Source: Eledone cirrhosa (lineage: Eukaryota). Taken from it: a stretch of 64,000 nucleotides of DNA. The notes under the pieces are model-generated. The model worked only from the letters and a program-made list of their open reading frames with translations, was not told the origin of the DNA and ran no database searches. A program made the position numbers and the translations under genes. This document shows, in pieces, positions 1-13,846 of this stretch; position 1 is the stretch's first letter, and each line of letters begins with the position of its first letter. The stretch lies in the NCBI GenBank assembly GCA_964016885.1, contig OZ024744.1:87916001-87980000 (forward strand), given 5' to 3'.

Positions 1-35
<35 letters not shown>

Positions 36-99
36 CATACATACATACATGCATACATACAAACATATATATATATATATATATATATAGACATGTATA

Positions 100-650
100 C
101 GTGTATACATATATCTGCGTATGTACTTGTTTATGTTCGTGTCTATATATGGGTGTTTATGAGTACGTGTGTGTGAATATGTGTATTTGTTTGTGTGTGT
201 GTGTGTGTGTGCGTGTGTGTTTGTATGTGTGTGTATGTGTGTGTGTGTATGTATGTGTATGCGTGTTCGTGTGTGTGTGTGTTTGTGTGAGTGTGTGTGT
301 TTGTGTGTGTTTGTGTGTGCGTGTGTTTTTGTGTGCGTGTGTATGCGTGTTCGTGTGTATGTATGTGTGTGTGTGTGTGTGTGTGTGCATGTGTGTGTGT
401 GAGTGTGTGAGGTTTGTGCGAGTGTTAGTGCGTTTGTATGTGTGTGTGTATGCGTGTTCGTGTTTGTCTGTGTGTATGTGTGTGTGTGTGTTTGTCTGAG
501 CATGTGTGTTTGTGTGAGTGTTTGTGTGTGTGTGTGTGTGTGCGTGTGTGTGTTTGTGTGATTGTTTGTGTGTGTATGAGTGTTTGTGCGAGTGTTTGTG
601 TGTGTGTTTGTGTGTGTGTGTGTCTGTACGCGTGTTTTTGTGTTTTGTAT
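100..650. repeat. degenerate (GT)n microsatellite
   Basis: Interrupted GT repeats; the overlapping VCVC/THTH ORFs are artefacts. Confidence 0.95.
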
Positions 651-1330
651 TCTGTGTGCTGCAATGTTAGGTAAGACGTTAGATGGAAGAGCAGAAACAT
701 TAGAGTACGAATACGAAGATAGGTAGATGGAACAGCTGAGAAGCCACATAGCTGCAGTGTTGGCAGGTGTTACATGGAAAATCCTGACTTAGTCTTGTGT
801 ACACGGATGAATAGTTAGTTTTAACATTTTTTTTTCTTTTCAATATTCTTTTTTTTTCCGTTTTGTGAAAAACGGTTGTTGTTCTATTTGAAAGCACATA
901 GGATAATGGTTACAGTATAAGCTTAGTGATCATAAGGTTGTATATTAGATTCCCGGACACGGGGCGACGTGTGGTGCCCTTTATTGGGACGGGACACTTC
1001 ATATCGTTGTTCTAGTTCATTCAGCTGAAAATACTTGTACCAGTAGTAGCTGGCGGATTACCACTGCATTGCCCAATATCGTGTCCTAAAGTGAGTCTTG
1101 TACTCTCAGTCACTTATCGCCAATGAAATCGGCATAATCTCCGATCTGATAAACTACTATAGATAGGACAGGCTTTAAACAATTAACTTTTAAGTATTGT
1201 TGCTATAATTGTTGTTATACTTATTTAGACGTGATTGCGCGTCGCTTAGTCGTTGGTGCTTTCTGCTCCCGATCGTAAGGTCATGCGGTCGATTCTCGGC
1301 GTCGCATTTTGTCATTAAACAAGACATTAT

Positions 1331-2115
1331 TTGGCAGTATCGGTAGAGGGTCGGACGCCATGCTTTCCAGCATTGTTACGTCCCTTTACGATCTGAGTTC
1401 AAATCCCGCCGAGGTTGACTTTGCCTTTCATCCTTACGGGGTCGATAAAATAAAGTACCAGTAATGCACTGGGTAATTGCTGACCTTGTGCCTAAAGTAG
1501 AAACAATTATTTCATATAGCAAAGTGGATTGGCAGTATCGGTAGAGGGTCGGACGTCATGCTTTCCAGCATAGTTACGTCCCTTTACGATCTGAGTTCAA
1601 ATCCCGCCGAGGTTGACTTTGCCTTTCATCCTTACGGGGTCGATAAAATAAAGTACCAGTAATGCACTGGGTAATTGCTGACCTTGTGCCTAGAGTAGAA
1701 ACAATTATTTCATATAGCAAAGTGGATTGGCAGTATCGGTAGAGGGTCGGACGTCATGCTTTCCAGCATAGTTACGTCCCTTTACGATCTGAGTTCAAAT
1801 CCCACCGATGTTGACTTTGCCTTTCATCCTTACGGGGTCGATAAAATAAAGTACCAGTAATGCAATGGGTAATTGCTGGCCTTGTGCTTAAAGTAGAAAC
1901 AATTATTTCATATAGCAACGGACGGTGAATTGGCAGTATCGTTAGAGGGTCTGACGCCATGCTTTGCAGCAGTGTATAGTTACGGCCCTTTACGATCTGA
2001 GTTGAAATCCAGTCGAGATTAACTTTGCCTTTCATCCTTACGGGGTCGATAAAATAAAGTACCAGTAATATACTGGGATAATTGCTGGCCTTGTGCCAAA
2101 AGTAGAAACAATTAT
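1331..2115 (+). mobile_element. four head-to-tail copies of a tRNA-derived SINE (Meta-like domain), ~198-bp period
   Basis: TGGCAGTATCGGTAGAG (A-box-like) ... GAGTTCAAATCCC (B-box) ... GCCTTTCATCCTTACGGGGTCGATAAAATAAAGTACCAG, starting at ~1331, 1529, 1727 and 1930. Confidence 0.85.
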
Positions 2116-2829
2116 TTCATAACGTTCAGATGGCAAAAAATAAGTTATAACTGTAATCTAAAATCCAGCATTGACTCTCACTATGTGTCGCTGAATCTCC
2201 CCCAAGAATAACATTAAGGGTAAGCGTCTCTGTGGAATAATTAACCATATGTAAATTAACCATCTCTACGTTCATTTAATGAGCTTGTTGTACTGTTGTT
2301 CAACCAGCTAGAACACCCATCATCGGAACCGTAGGATGTCCAACAGTTGTTTAATTCCAGTTCAGACTTGATTGAGCAGATATATGATCCCAAGTTGTTC
2401 CAATCGTGCCCTATAATAATCATCCGACTGCAGAAGGGGTTGGTTACAATATTTCTCCGAATATTGGACGTTCATAATCAAATATGATCCCGTGGTTGGT
2501 CAATTCGACATTGTCATCTGCGGGATTGAAATTGTTAGGTGGAATTTGAAATCAGAATGAAAAATGTTGGAACAATCACCGGATAACAACTCGCCCGGCA
2601 CTAGCAATTTCACCAATCCCCTGCCATGGATTAGTATTTCATTTTATCGGCCTGTATGATAGAATTTGAACTTAGAGGACAGAGCACCAGAACAAGTGCC
2701 ACAAGATGTACTCTTCAACGCTCTAATGACTCTGTATTTTACAACAAGCCTCACATTTTTTTCTTTTTTGTAAGGAATCCACGAACACATTATCTAGCAT
2801 GTCCTTTTTATAACACGGTTTTAAAATAT

Positions 2830-3335
2830 AATTGTTTCTACTTTTGGCACAAGGCCAGCAATTATGCCAGTGTATTACTGGTACTTTATTTTATCGACCC
2901 TGTAAGGATGAAAGGCAAAGTTAACCTAACGGCATTAAAATATAATGTAAAGAAGACTTAGCTGTTATATTTAGTAGGTAGGGCAACGTCGTTGAAACCA
3001 CACCCGTCGTCAATGTTTGTTATTTTCGTTGCTGTTGTTGTTGTTACTGGTGCTGTTGCTGTTGTTGTTGTTGTTGTGGTTGTTGTTGTTGTCACCTTTG
3101 TCGTTTTTGTTATTTAGACCTAACCTGATTATGTAGATCTGGCACAAGGCCAGTAATTATCCCGGAGCATTACTGGTACTTTATTTTATCGGAACGCATA
3201 GGGTTATGGCCCTTTACGTTCTGAGTTCAAATCCCGCCGAGGTTAACTTTGCCTTTCATCCTTACGGGGGTCGATAAAATAAAGTACCAGTAATGCTCTG
3301 GGATAATTGCTGCCCTTGTGCCAAAAGTAGAAACA
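2830..3335. mobile_element. fragments of the same SINE in both orientations
   Basis: Reverse-complement 3' halves at ~2830-2930 and ~3140-3190, and a + copy at ~3200-3335. Confidence 0.8.
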
Positions 3336-3344
3336 TTTATGTAA

Positions 3345-3878
3345 ATCTCTGATCGAAGATATTACACTTATTTCCCGTGTACTATGTTAACTTCTATGGT
3401 TTAGATCTCTGATCGAAGATATTACACTTATTTCCCGTGTACTATGTTAACTTCTATGGCTTAGATCTCTGATCGAAGATATTACACTTATTTCCCGTGT
3501 ACTATGTTAACTTCTATGGCTTAGATCTCTGATCGAAGATATTACACTTATTTCCCGTGTACTATGTTAACTTCTATGGTTTAGATCTCTGATCGAAGAT
3601 ATTACACTTATTTCCCGTGTACTATGTTAACTTCTATGGCTTAGATCTCTGATCGAAGATATTACACTTATTTCCCGTGTACTATGTTAACTTCTATGGC
3701 TTAGATCTCTGATCGAAGATATTACACTTATTTCCCGTGTACTATGTTAACTTCTATGGTTTAGATCTCTGATCGAAGATATTACACTTATTTCCCGTGT
3801 ACTATGTTAACTTCTATGGCTTAGATCTCTGATCGAAGATATTACACTTATTTCCCGTGTACTATGTTAACTTCTATG
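3345..3878. repeat. 60-bp tandem minisatellite, ~9 copies
   Basis: Unit GATCTCTGATCGAAGATATTACACTTATTTCCCGTGTACTATGTTAACTTCTATGG(C/T)TTA repeats exactly line to line. Confidence 0.97.
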
Positions 3879-4209
3879 CCTTTCCTTTTTTCATATGGCA
3901 GTGTTTTAATTGTAAGAAAACTAACTGTTCCAGTTATCAAGTTAAGCGATTCCGTAGAGGCTCACTCGTCAATGTTGATTGCAGACTGGTGAATGGTAGT
4001 TCTAATGGTGAAAGTTTTCGAAGCAGAGTGGGTATTGGTAGTGGCAATATTGATATTGGTAATGCCAGCGTTGGTGATGGTCTTTTAGTATATCCAAGAC
4101 TACATTGAATAATTTCTCTCTTTCAGTCGATGTCTGGATGGGATTTGCTAGGCATTTGGTTGTTGTTTCTATAAGTATGGATAGTGTTAATGATGATAAT
4201 AGTTTCTTA

Positions 4210-4410
4210 TATAGGCAAAAAGGCATCAATTTTTTGTGTGTGTGTGGGGGGGGGGGGGGTGATTAAATCGACCTCAGTGCGTGACTGGTACTTTATTTTA
4301 AGGATGAAAGGCAAAGTTAACCTAGGTGGGATTTGAACTCAGATCATAAAGGGTCGTAACTCTATGCTGTAAAGCATGGCGTCCGACCCTCTACCGATAC
4401 TGCCAATACA
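4210..4410 (-). mobile_element. tRNA-derived SINE copy
   Basis: Reverse complement of the 1331 SINE (GGATGAAAGGCAAAG...GATTTGAACTC...CCGATACTGCCAA). Confidence 0.8.
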
Positions 4411-4754
4411 CTACCCTAGTGTTAGTGATGATAATGATAGTGATATTAGTAGTATTAATGTTGATATTGATGATTGCAATGTTGTTATTAATGATAGTGA
4501 TTAGTTGTATTTAATATGTTTTTGTGACGTTCTAATTATTAATGGTAAATTACCATATCTTGTTTGGTGATATGCAGTTGATAATGCCTTCGTAAATAAC
4601 TTCCCAGCTTTCTTTGCCCGGCTGTTTTCATTACAACCTTCAACATTTTGTTGACTTACAGCTATTAATTTCAAATGGAATGTTGAATATGCAATTGTTA
4701 ATTATTATCATATACAAATAGTCTTTGAGCGATATCTTCCTCGTAATCACAATA

Positions 4755-4937
4755 ATTGTTTCTACCTTTGGCACAAGACCAGCAATTATCCCAGTGGCAT
4801 TACTGGTACTTTATTTTATCGACCCCGTAAGGAGGAAAGACAAAATAAGCCTCGGGGAGATTTGAACTGAGGCCGTAACGGACCGTAATTCCATGCTGCA
4901 AAGCATGGCGTCCGACCCTCTACTGATACTGCCAATA
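4755..4937 (-). mobile_element. tRNA-derived SINE copy
   Basis: Reverse complement of the 1331 SINE. Confidence 0.85.
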
Positions 4938-5694
4938 ATTGATGTAAAGCACAGTCGCTTTTGTTGTTCTTAATATTTTGTTGTTATAGAAGTTATTGTT
5001 GTTAATTTATGTTTATAGATGTTATGGATTTTATCTCCATGATCAACCCTGATTAAAGGCAATCCAGGGATGACCTTTCCGTTTTTTCTTTTGTTTTTAT
5101 TTTAGTAAGAGTTATGTAAAACAAAGTGATCAGAGGCGATAGGTTTTGGCAGAAGTGTTAACTGGTATTTCTATGTTCTTGTGATTTCGTGCTTTACTGC
5201 CTCGTTAAGAAAGACTTTCGATTCAAGACCCTCATATATTCATTAACGAATGTGTTGACAGCTTGTGTCTAATTCAAGATAGTAGTGGAGGATTTTGGAG
5301 GAATATTTGGCTGCTATTTCTTGCTGGTCATGCGCTAATGAAGCATTGAAGAGAGTTGATTGTTGGCGACCATTGTCTAATTTGGTATGTCTTTATGTCA
5401 TTAATTTTAGTAACTTTGTTACTGCTGACCTATTAAAGGCTACAACTCCACAGTCATTATAACGAGAAAGGCTAATGGGTTGCTATCGTTTGTCCAAGGT
5501 GAAAACCCAGACTAAAGCAGAGAGAGGAAGGGTGAGCGACTATTTCTTCAATTCGATATTGTATTTCAATAGAGCTATCAATGTAAGTCTCTCTTCAGTT
5601 CAATGAAATCTCATAGGTGTGTGTCTACTTAAAGCGATAATCATACATGACATTGAGTGATAGCTAAGTATTATATGTTTATCCACATGAGTGC

Positions 5695-6327
<633 letters not shown>

Positions 6328-6943
6328 GCAAACGACGCACTATATACATTGTATATATTCTTGCTGAGAAAATTAAGATCACGATATAGTCCTTCTTAAT
6401 TTGAGCTAAATAAAATGTAACTTTTTTCTCTTGTTTCGTTGCTTTAGAATTACATCTAATACAATGTTAGATATGTGTGATTATGTAATATTTCTACTTC
6501 TCAATGATGACGGTATATGTTACACATAAAGCATAGCAATCCTAAATTCTGCAATTTACTAGTGATATTTCTATTTCTTTCTCTCTCTCGTCTACGATTT
6601 CACAGAACTTACGTTCACCGAATTCACAGACTAGATCCCTTCTTCCTCCCGTTAGACCTGTACGGAATTCCTTCCTTGCTCACATTCCAACCAGGTTTGA
6701 TAGTCTTTATTCTCTCTCGTTCACGATTTCACCGAATTTAAATTCATAGAAATTTGGGACTTGACTCCTTCTTCCTCACTTTTCGTTGCTTCACCATCTT
6801 TGTTTGTTTACACTCGGGTCCGCTTTATTTACGTGTCCCAACGACTTTTTTAGCCGTTGCTCGCACCAACCGAAGGTATATGGTCTTTAAAGCGATGAAA
6901 TACCAATGATGGTTGGAAGATCACTGATGAAGGACTAACTTTA

Positions 6944-7015
<72 letters not shown>

Positions 7016-7023
<8 letters not shown>

Positions 7024-7384
7024 TAAGAGGAATTCCAACTTTGTCTGATTTACTCGTTTTATTTACAATCATTTAAAATTTATAATGGTATTATAATGAA
7101 ATAGTATGATAGAATATTAAATTCTAAGTGTTAACTGAACAAGTACTTTCATGCTTTCGCAATCTTCAGGTTCATAATATGTGGTGACAGTCAAGTTTGC
7201 AATTTTCAACTGTCACCACATATTATGAACCTGAAGATTGCGAAAGCATGAAAGTACTTGTTCAATTAACACTTAGAATTTAATATTCTATCATACTATT
7301 TCATTATAAGACCATTATAAATTTTAAAGGATTGTAAATAAAACGAGTAAATCAGACAAAGTTGGAATTCCTCTTATTAATATA
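7016..7384. repeat. near-perfect fold-back palindrome, ~175-bp arms and 17-nt spacer
   Basis: 7016-7191 is the reverse complement of 7209-7384 with few mismatches. Confidence 0.95.
7226..7264 (+). ncRNA. minimal type I hammerhead ribozyme motif (mirror copy on - at 7136-7174)
   Basis: TGAAC-CTGAAGA-t TGC gaaa GCA t-GAAA-GTAC-TT-GTTCA: 5-bp stem I, conserved core, palindromic stem III. Confidence 0.7.
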
Positions 7385-7912
7385 ATCTTCTATACACAAT
7401 CATACACACCCGTGTATATTTATCTATCTATCTAATCTATATATATACATATATATATAGATTAGATCGATAGTGCGCGCATTAATGTCCATATGCTTAT
7501 GATAATAGTATATACACACATATATATGTGTGTGGGGGTGTATGTGTGTATGTATGTTCGTGGTTGTGTGTATGTTTATGCGTATACGCGCGTGTGTGTG
7601 TGAATGTACGTATATGTGTGAGTATATGAATGTGTGTATATATTTATTTTATATTTATATGTGCATACGTATTTTATCTGTAGATTATAAACATACAGAG
7701 ACATTAGCCTTGAATTTTTGTATTTACATACACCTTTTTGGCATGCGTATGCATGTGAGCATATATCTTTATGCATATCTGTGAACGAAGTTACTTACAT
7801 ATATATACACACACCTAACTGTATAAACTTTTTGTATTTTCATTGGTCAATTTGAACTCTGCTCCCAAACAGACCTGTAATTTTGAATTGTTGTTATTAT
7901 CAATAAATATAT

Positions 7913-8067
7913 TTCATTATTTCTGAAGACGGCATATATATGTGTTTGGTATGTATATTTAATTTTGATAGTTTGTATAATTTTGTATAATTTTGTACAT
8001 AGATCTGTTGAATATGCATGCCAATTCTAACACATATATATCCTAGAAACGATCGTTAAATAATGAA
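7913..8067 (+). ncRNA. type I hammerhead ribozyme motif with ~115-nt stem II
   Basis: TTCATTATTT-CTGAAGA...GAAA-CGATCG-TT-AAATAATGAA: 10-bp stem I; ATATATATGTGTT/AACACATATATAT pairing in stem II. Confidence 0.7.
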
Positions 8068-8261
8068 CTTTTTTTGTTTAATATAAGGAACTGTTTCATT
8101 GTTTTATTCACTATTTTTTTAATATTTTATCTTGACTCTGTATTCCGTTTATCTTTCACCGAAAGTGATTTTTCATTGCATCTCTTCTTTCCATGATATC
8201 CGGATTACATTGAGTTCTTCATACGGATTGGACACTACCGTAAACTCTTGGTAGATTTATC

Positions 8262-8321
<60 letters not shown>

Positions 8322-8322
<1 letters not shown>

Positions 8323-8465
8323 TGAAGGTGCATGGCTTAGTGGTTATTAGAGCGTTGGACTTGCAATTGAAAGGTTGTGAGTTCAATTCTCGGACCGGGT
8401 GATGTGTTGTTTCCTTGAGCAAGACACATTACTTTATTTCACATTACTCATCTGTAGAAATGAGA
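8322..8465 (+). mobile_element. second tRNA-derived SINE family (CORE-like)
   Basis: TGGCTTAGTGGTT A-box, GAGTTCAATTC B-box, then CCTTGAGCAAGACAC; related copies near 900-1030 (+), 43590-43695 (-) and 50170-50450 (-). Confidence 0.65.
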
Positions 8466-9430
8466 TGATACTAATGGGGTCCCTATCATTAAATTACCCA
8501 AGACAATTATAACGAGATATACCTTGGAGGAGGTCACCTACCCCCTGCATAGGTGTGAGTTAACAACAACATTGCTGGTGCTTTATTTATCAACCTCGTA
8601 AGAATGAAAGACAAAACTAACCTCGGCAGGATTAGAACTCAGATCGTAAAGGGCGGTAACTATTTGCCACGAAGCAAGGTGTTCGACGCTCTACCAGCGC
8701 TTCCAGTATAATGATATGTTTAAATATACACGTAGTTTGATTAAATATATCTCAATATATCGAACAGCATTGCAACACTGGATTAACATGCTTATATACA
8801 TAAAGCATAACATTAAATATATGTCAACTTATAAATTAATATTTAGTCCCTTCGTAATGAAATATAACTGTTCTTAGCGTTAACTCATTCATAGTAATGT
8901 TTCAATGATTGTTCTAATTCACTTCGTATACCTTTGAAAAATGCAAAATTCAATTATAAATTTCATGGCCCCTCTTCATCCGCCCGTGATTCTGTATGCA
9001 ATGCATGAACCTATCAGAAGCAAACATCTGATGTCTCACATGGATATATATCTTCGTATATGTACCTATAAAATGTAATTTTCCAGTATAATTCGATATA
9101 TAAGCGAGTGCATATATTATATATATGTATATATGTATATATTAATAATAGTAATAAATGGAAAATATCACTCTAGCGTAATATTTATGTTATTATACAT
9201 ATTTCAATGATACAAAATTATGGTATGGTTTCATCAGAGAAAATACAATATTTGATGTATAAGATAGTGACATAACCAAAGTATAAACCTCCAACGTTAG
9301 CTTACATACATACATATATATAATATATATATGTATACTGAGAACGTTTAATTGCCTATAAATGCACGTATATACATATACGGACACACACGTACGGTCG
9401 TGCGCAAACAGACGCATTCAAAAAGAAACA

Positions 9431-9472
<42 letters not shown>

Positions 9473-9950
9473 GAAAACACAGGTAAGCATTAAGAGAAGG
9501 ATTTAATCCAGGTATTTACGACCGTTTCATTGGTAAGTGCAACCTTATATTGCTATACTGCAAATAGCAGCCACTCAATTATAATTATATATATATATAT
9601 ATATATTTATACATATATATATTTATATATATATAAATGTGTGTGTGTGTGTGTGTGTATATATAAAGAGAGAGAGAAAGAGAGAGAGTGTGTGAGAGAT
9701 AGAGAGAGAGAAGTACACATAGAGATATGCGTTCAATCGTAGTACACTTTAATATATTCTTTTAATTGATTTGTGTAACCATTCCTTCCATAGTTAATAT
9801 GATTGTCACTCTGGTGGTCTTTGATACCCTATGATGGAACACATATCTCTATGTGTACTTCTCTCTATATGCTGATTTATATAGAGCCCAGCATCTATCC
9901 TTGAACTCATTAAATTATACAGCATAAATGTGAGTCTTAAAACACCGGTT

Positions 9951-9983
<33 letters not shown>

Positions 9984-10659
9984 CATAATTGTGGAACGAA
10001 TCTTATCGAATAGAGTGGACACAGCTTCTGGCGTTTCCTCACTCGCTCAATAACTTAATTAACTCCGAATTATTAAAATTCGAATCCAACCGATTATAGT
10101 GTACACTTAAACGTTAATCAATGACGAAAAAAACTTCAAAGGGTGAGTAAACTAGGCCTGACCAATTTACTTGGAACACATGTAATTGAAATTACATTTG
10201 GTTGCTATTTTTGCAAGTCAAGGAACGATATATAAACTGCCGTGTTGATACGGTTTGGGAATTTTGATAATTCCCGTAAGGTGAGAAATTTAAAACATTT
10301 TATTTATAGTTTCGCAAGGCAAGAACAGTTTTGCTAAAAGATCTCTCAATTTCTTAATTTGATTTGATATATTCTATAATTAATTAACAGATGAACGTAC
10401 AGAATTTAACGTTATTAACGGGAATTAAATATAAGAAATATGAAGAGTAATTTCTAGTCAAAGTGGCATCGATGATACCAAAAAGAATAGCAGCCTTACA
10501 ATAATGGATGTGTGGTGGCCTTGGCAGTGTTACAGGTGATGGTTTGTTTATTTTTTTTATTTTTATTTACAAACATGTTCTGATTAAACAGAGCCGTAAT
10601 CAGATACTTCTCTGCTATGAACTTACCGGCTTTTTGTATATCTTGGACTACATTGGCCC

Positions 10660-11385
10660 ATTGGAAAATGGGTTACTCCTCCTTTTAAGACATTGGAGTG
10701 TTAGTTAAGGACATTGGGCTTTACTTTCTATAAGGTTGAGCCTTCGAATAATGAGCCTGTCCAGTGGATCGTGAAAAATAGTTTATAATGTTTGCAAGTG
10801 GTGTAGAGGATTTACAGCCGGTCGTACTGAAATTCACGACGAACAAAGGGGCGGGAGACCGTCAATTTCCGCCGAAACAGTCGCCAAGCTTGAGGAAAAC
10901 ATGCGCAAACCTTCCGATATTGCAACTTTTAAGTTAAAATCCTGTGGATGGTACTTCAGGAAACCCCAGGAACCAAAATGCAGAGAGCATCCAGAGTGAT
11001 CCGCCGATCTTTACGCATGTTTTCCTGAACCTTTGCGACTGTCTCGTCGAAAATTGACGGTCTCCCGCTCCTTCGCGAACGTTTTTTGACATCTATGCAC
11101 GACTGTCCATACATTTCCGTCAATTGGCGTGAATTTCAATCGGTTCAACGCCTTTTGCGTTCAAAAACCGAATAACTGCGCGAACTTCGTACTTGGCGGT
11201 AGCGTTCAACGCAAGCTCCATTCTCAACGGCTGCCAAGCCAAGATTGAGCATCCCAGCGAAGCGCTCACATGCTTGTTTGTGAGTGAAGAAAGCACCAAT
11301 TGCAACAGTGTTGCCAACAGCCGTACGAACAATTTCTCTGCGTCCCCATCGATTTGGAGACATTACTTTTGCGATTGCCCTGGTA
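10660..11385 (-). mobile_element. rearranged, internally deleted mariner-like transposon remnant
   Basis: ORF 11120-11332 contains MELALNATAKYEVRAVIRFLNAKGVEPIEIH, typical of a mariner transposase N-terminal HTH; a DEQRGGRP linker segment occurs in both orientations (~10835-10910 and ~11010-11070). Confidence 0.7.
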
Positions 11386-11497
11386 TATATATATATATAG
11401 CGGTAGAACACTGGAAGGTAATATCCCTAGTGGTAGAGCACTCACTCCATGGGGCGAGTTAGGTAGAAGTGGTTACACAACAGTTAGTTCACCATAC

Positions 11498-11535
11498 CGA
11501 GAACAATTGTTTCACCTTAGCGGATCCTCAGCTCG
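11498..11535 (-). ncRNA. minimal hammerhead motif in a ~140-bp repeat family (other copies ~39900-39975, ~45255-45453)
   Basis: Minus strand CGAG-CTGAGGA-t CC gctaa GG t-GAAA-CAATTG-TT-CTCG. Confidence 0.7.
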
Positions 11536-11694
11536 TAAATATATATATATATTTATTTACGTAAAGTGTGGGGCGTATGTGCATAAACACCTACTCGCCG
11601 TACTGCATTATTGCAGTATTGTGTTAGCCCAATGTACATGGACAGAGCCGTTATATGCAAAAGAAACCAAAGTACACTTACATACTCAAACAGT

Positions 11695-11755
11695 CTTTAT
11701 TCACTAACAATGTTTCATCCTCACCTTTTGGCAGGCATCATCAGACCTTAATAAA
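11695..11755 (-). ncRNA. possible degenerate hammerhead motif
   Basis: Minus strand CTGATGA-TGCCTGCCAAAAGGTGAGGAT-GAAA-CATTG-TT; stem I imperfect. Confidence 0.4.
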
Positions 11756-13164
11756 TACAGTGTAGAGTATAAGCTCCACAAAAACTTAGTCACACGAACA
11801 ATCAGAAAAAATAATAGGGGGATTGGAGAAAGCAAGAAAAAGATTCATGCTGGGGTTACTAAACATCATTGCAAAATACCAAGGCACAATTGAATTCAAC
11901 AAGATGAAGACACAGTAGATGGCACTAAAAAATGCAGAATGCAAAATCAAAAAGTGTGAAAGCATTAAAAAGTACATAATAAATACATAAAAATACATTA
12001 AAAAAATACATTAAAAAAATACATTAAAAATACATAAAAAATACATAAAATATACATAAAGAAATACAGGCAAATGTTAAAACTTAATATAAATTAAAGT
12101 AATAAAAAATATAAAAATAAAGATAAAAATAATAATAAAGATAATAGAATAAAATGAAATAAAGTAAAATAAAATAAAATAAAATAAAATAAAATAAAAT
12201 AAAGTAAAATAATAAAAAATAAATTAAAATACAATAAAGTAATATAAAAAGTATATTAAAATAATAATAAATGATAATAAAATAATAAAATAATAAAATA
12301 ATATAATAATATGATAAAACTAAATTAAAAAGGATTAAACATATTTAATAAATTGAGAAAAAGTTATATGTTATGAGCACTTAGAGAAAGCAAGATATTC
12401 CTAGCAATATAAGAGAGAGATCTTTTTGGTAAATCCAAAAGAGCACAATAATCCGAATGACTACCATAATATACATACACAAGGTATATCAGTATGTACC
12501 CGAACTAGGTAGCCAATTGGTATTCACAAGTATATAGAAAGATATCACAAAGGCACAGGCTTCACTCAAGTAAATTGGTTATTATATGGTATTGCTGAGT
12601 AAAACAAGTAAATACATTCAAGGCATAAAAAGAAGCCATGCATAAGCAGGTTTAGGCTAGTGTGCGATGGAATTGAAGCAGTCTCATTATATTAGTTGTT
12701 ATAAAGCAATTGGCAATGTTATTATTCATGCATAATTAGCAATACAAGCAGGAGTAATTGTTTACATATTTTACATATGCTCACGGTTTAAATATACGTA
12801 GTAGTATATTAAGCGTAACAATTACATTATAACCCAAGAAAATGCATGCTGGATTACTACAATAAACAACCACTCCATGTAAAAAAATCACAGGTCAACA
12901 TTAAAAATTGTTCAAGAATCATTTCAAGCCAAGTCTGCACACAACATCCTGTCACGAACATGTGAATAGAATTTCTGGTCACAGCAACTACGATCAGCAC
13001 AGCCAACCAGTCTAAACAAAACAAAAGGAAATCAACACTCGTGCACAAGTTGTTAAATACGCTAAATACCTTAGCATGTTTGTTAAATATGGTCAAATTC
13101 AAATATATAATCAGAGATGAAATGGAATAGATACAAAAATAAAGATAAAAATACAAATACAGTC

Positions 13165-13234
13165 TACATACCACTAACATTAAAATAAATTAATACTGGC
13201 TCAGAATATTTTACTTTATTTAGCGCCACTAAAC

Positions 13235-13310
<76 letters not shown>

Positions 13311-13380
13311 GTTTAGTGGCGCTAAATAAAGTAAAATGTTCTGAGCCAGTATTAATTTATTTTAATGTTAATGGTATGTA
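13165..13380. repeat. palindrome of ~74-bp arms around a (TA)n centre
   Basis: 13165-13238 is the reverse complement of 13307-13380. Confidence 0.95.
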
Positions 13381-13386
13381 TATATT

Positions 13387-13482
<96 letters not shown>

Positions 13483-13486
13483 ATAT

Positions 13487-13708
<222 letters not shown>

Positions 13709-13743
13709 TTTATATATATATATATATGTAAAATATTTATTGC

Positions 13744-13846
13744 ATATCACCAGTCTGAGGAGCAGATTGATACTGGAGTCAGGTCCATAACTCCTATGGG
13801 TCATCTTGAGCCAATCCTCTGCGAAACGCGCGTAACAGGTCAATAT
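13744..13846 (+). ncRNA. type I hammerhead motif with ~60-nt stem II
   Basis: ACCAGT-CTGAGGA-GCAGA...TCTGC-GAAA-CGCGCG-TA-ACAGGT; degenerate homolog at ~38315-38420. Confidence 0.75.

Noticed and set aside
3345-3878. CRISPR-like appearance of the 60-bp array and of the 37-bp array at 38898-39411
   Set aside because: No unique spacers, no cas genes, and a eukaryotic context
6560-6945. Possible LTR/PBS region or hammerhead remnant
   Set aside because: No second LTR, TSD or complete ribozyme core could be identified
9505-9535. Half hammerhead GAAACGGTCGTA on the - strand
   Set aside because: No CUGANGA box or stem I found upstream
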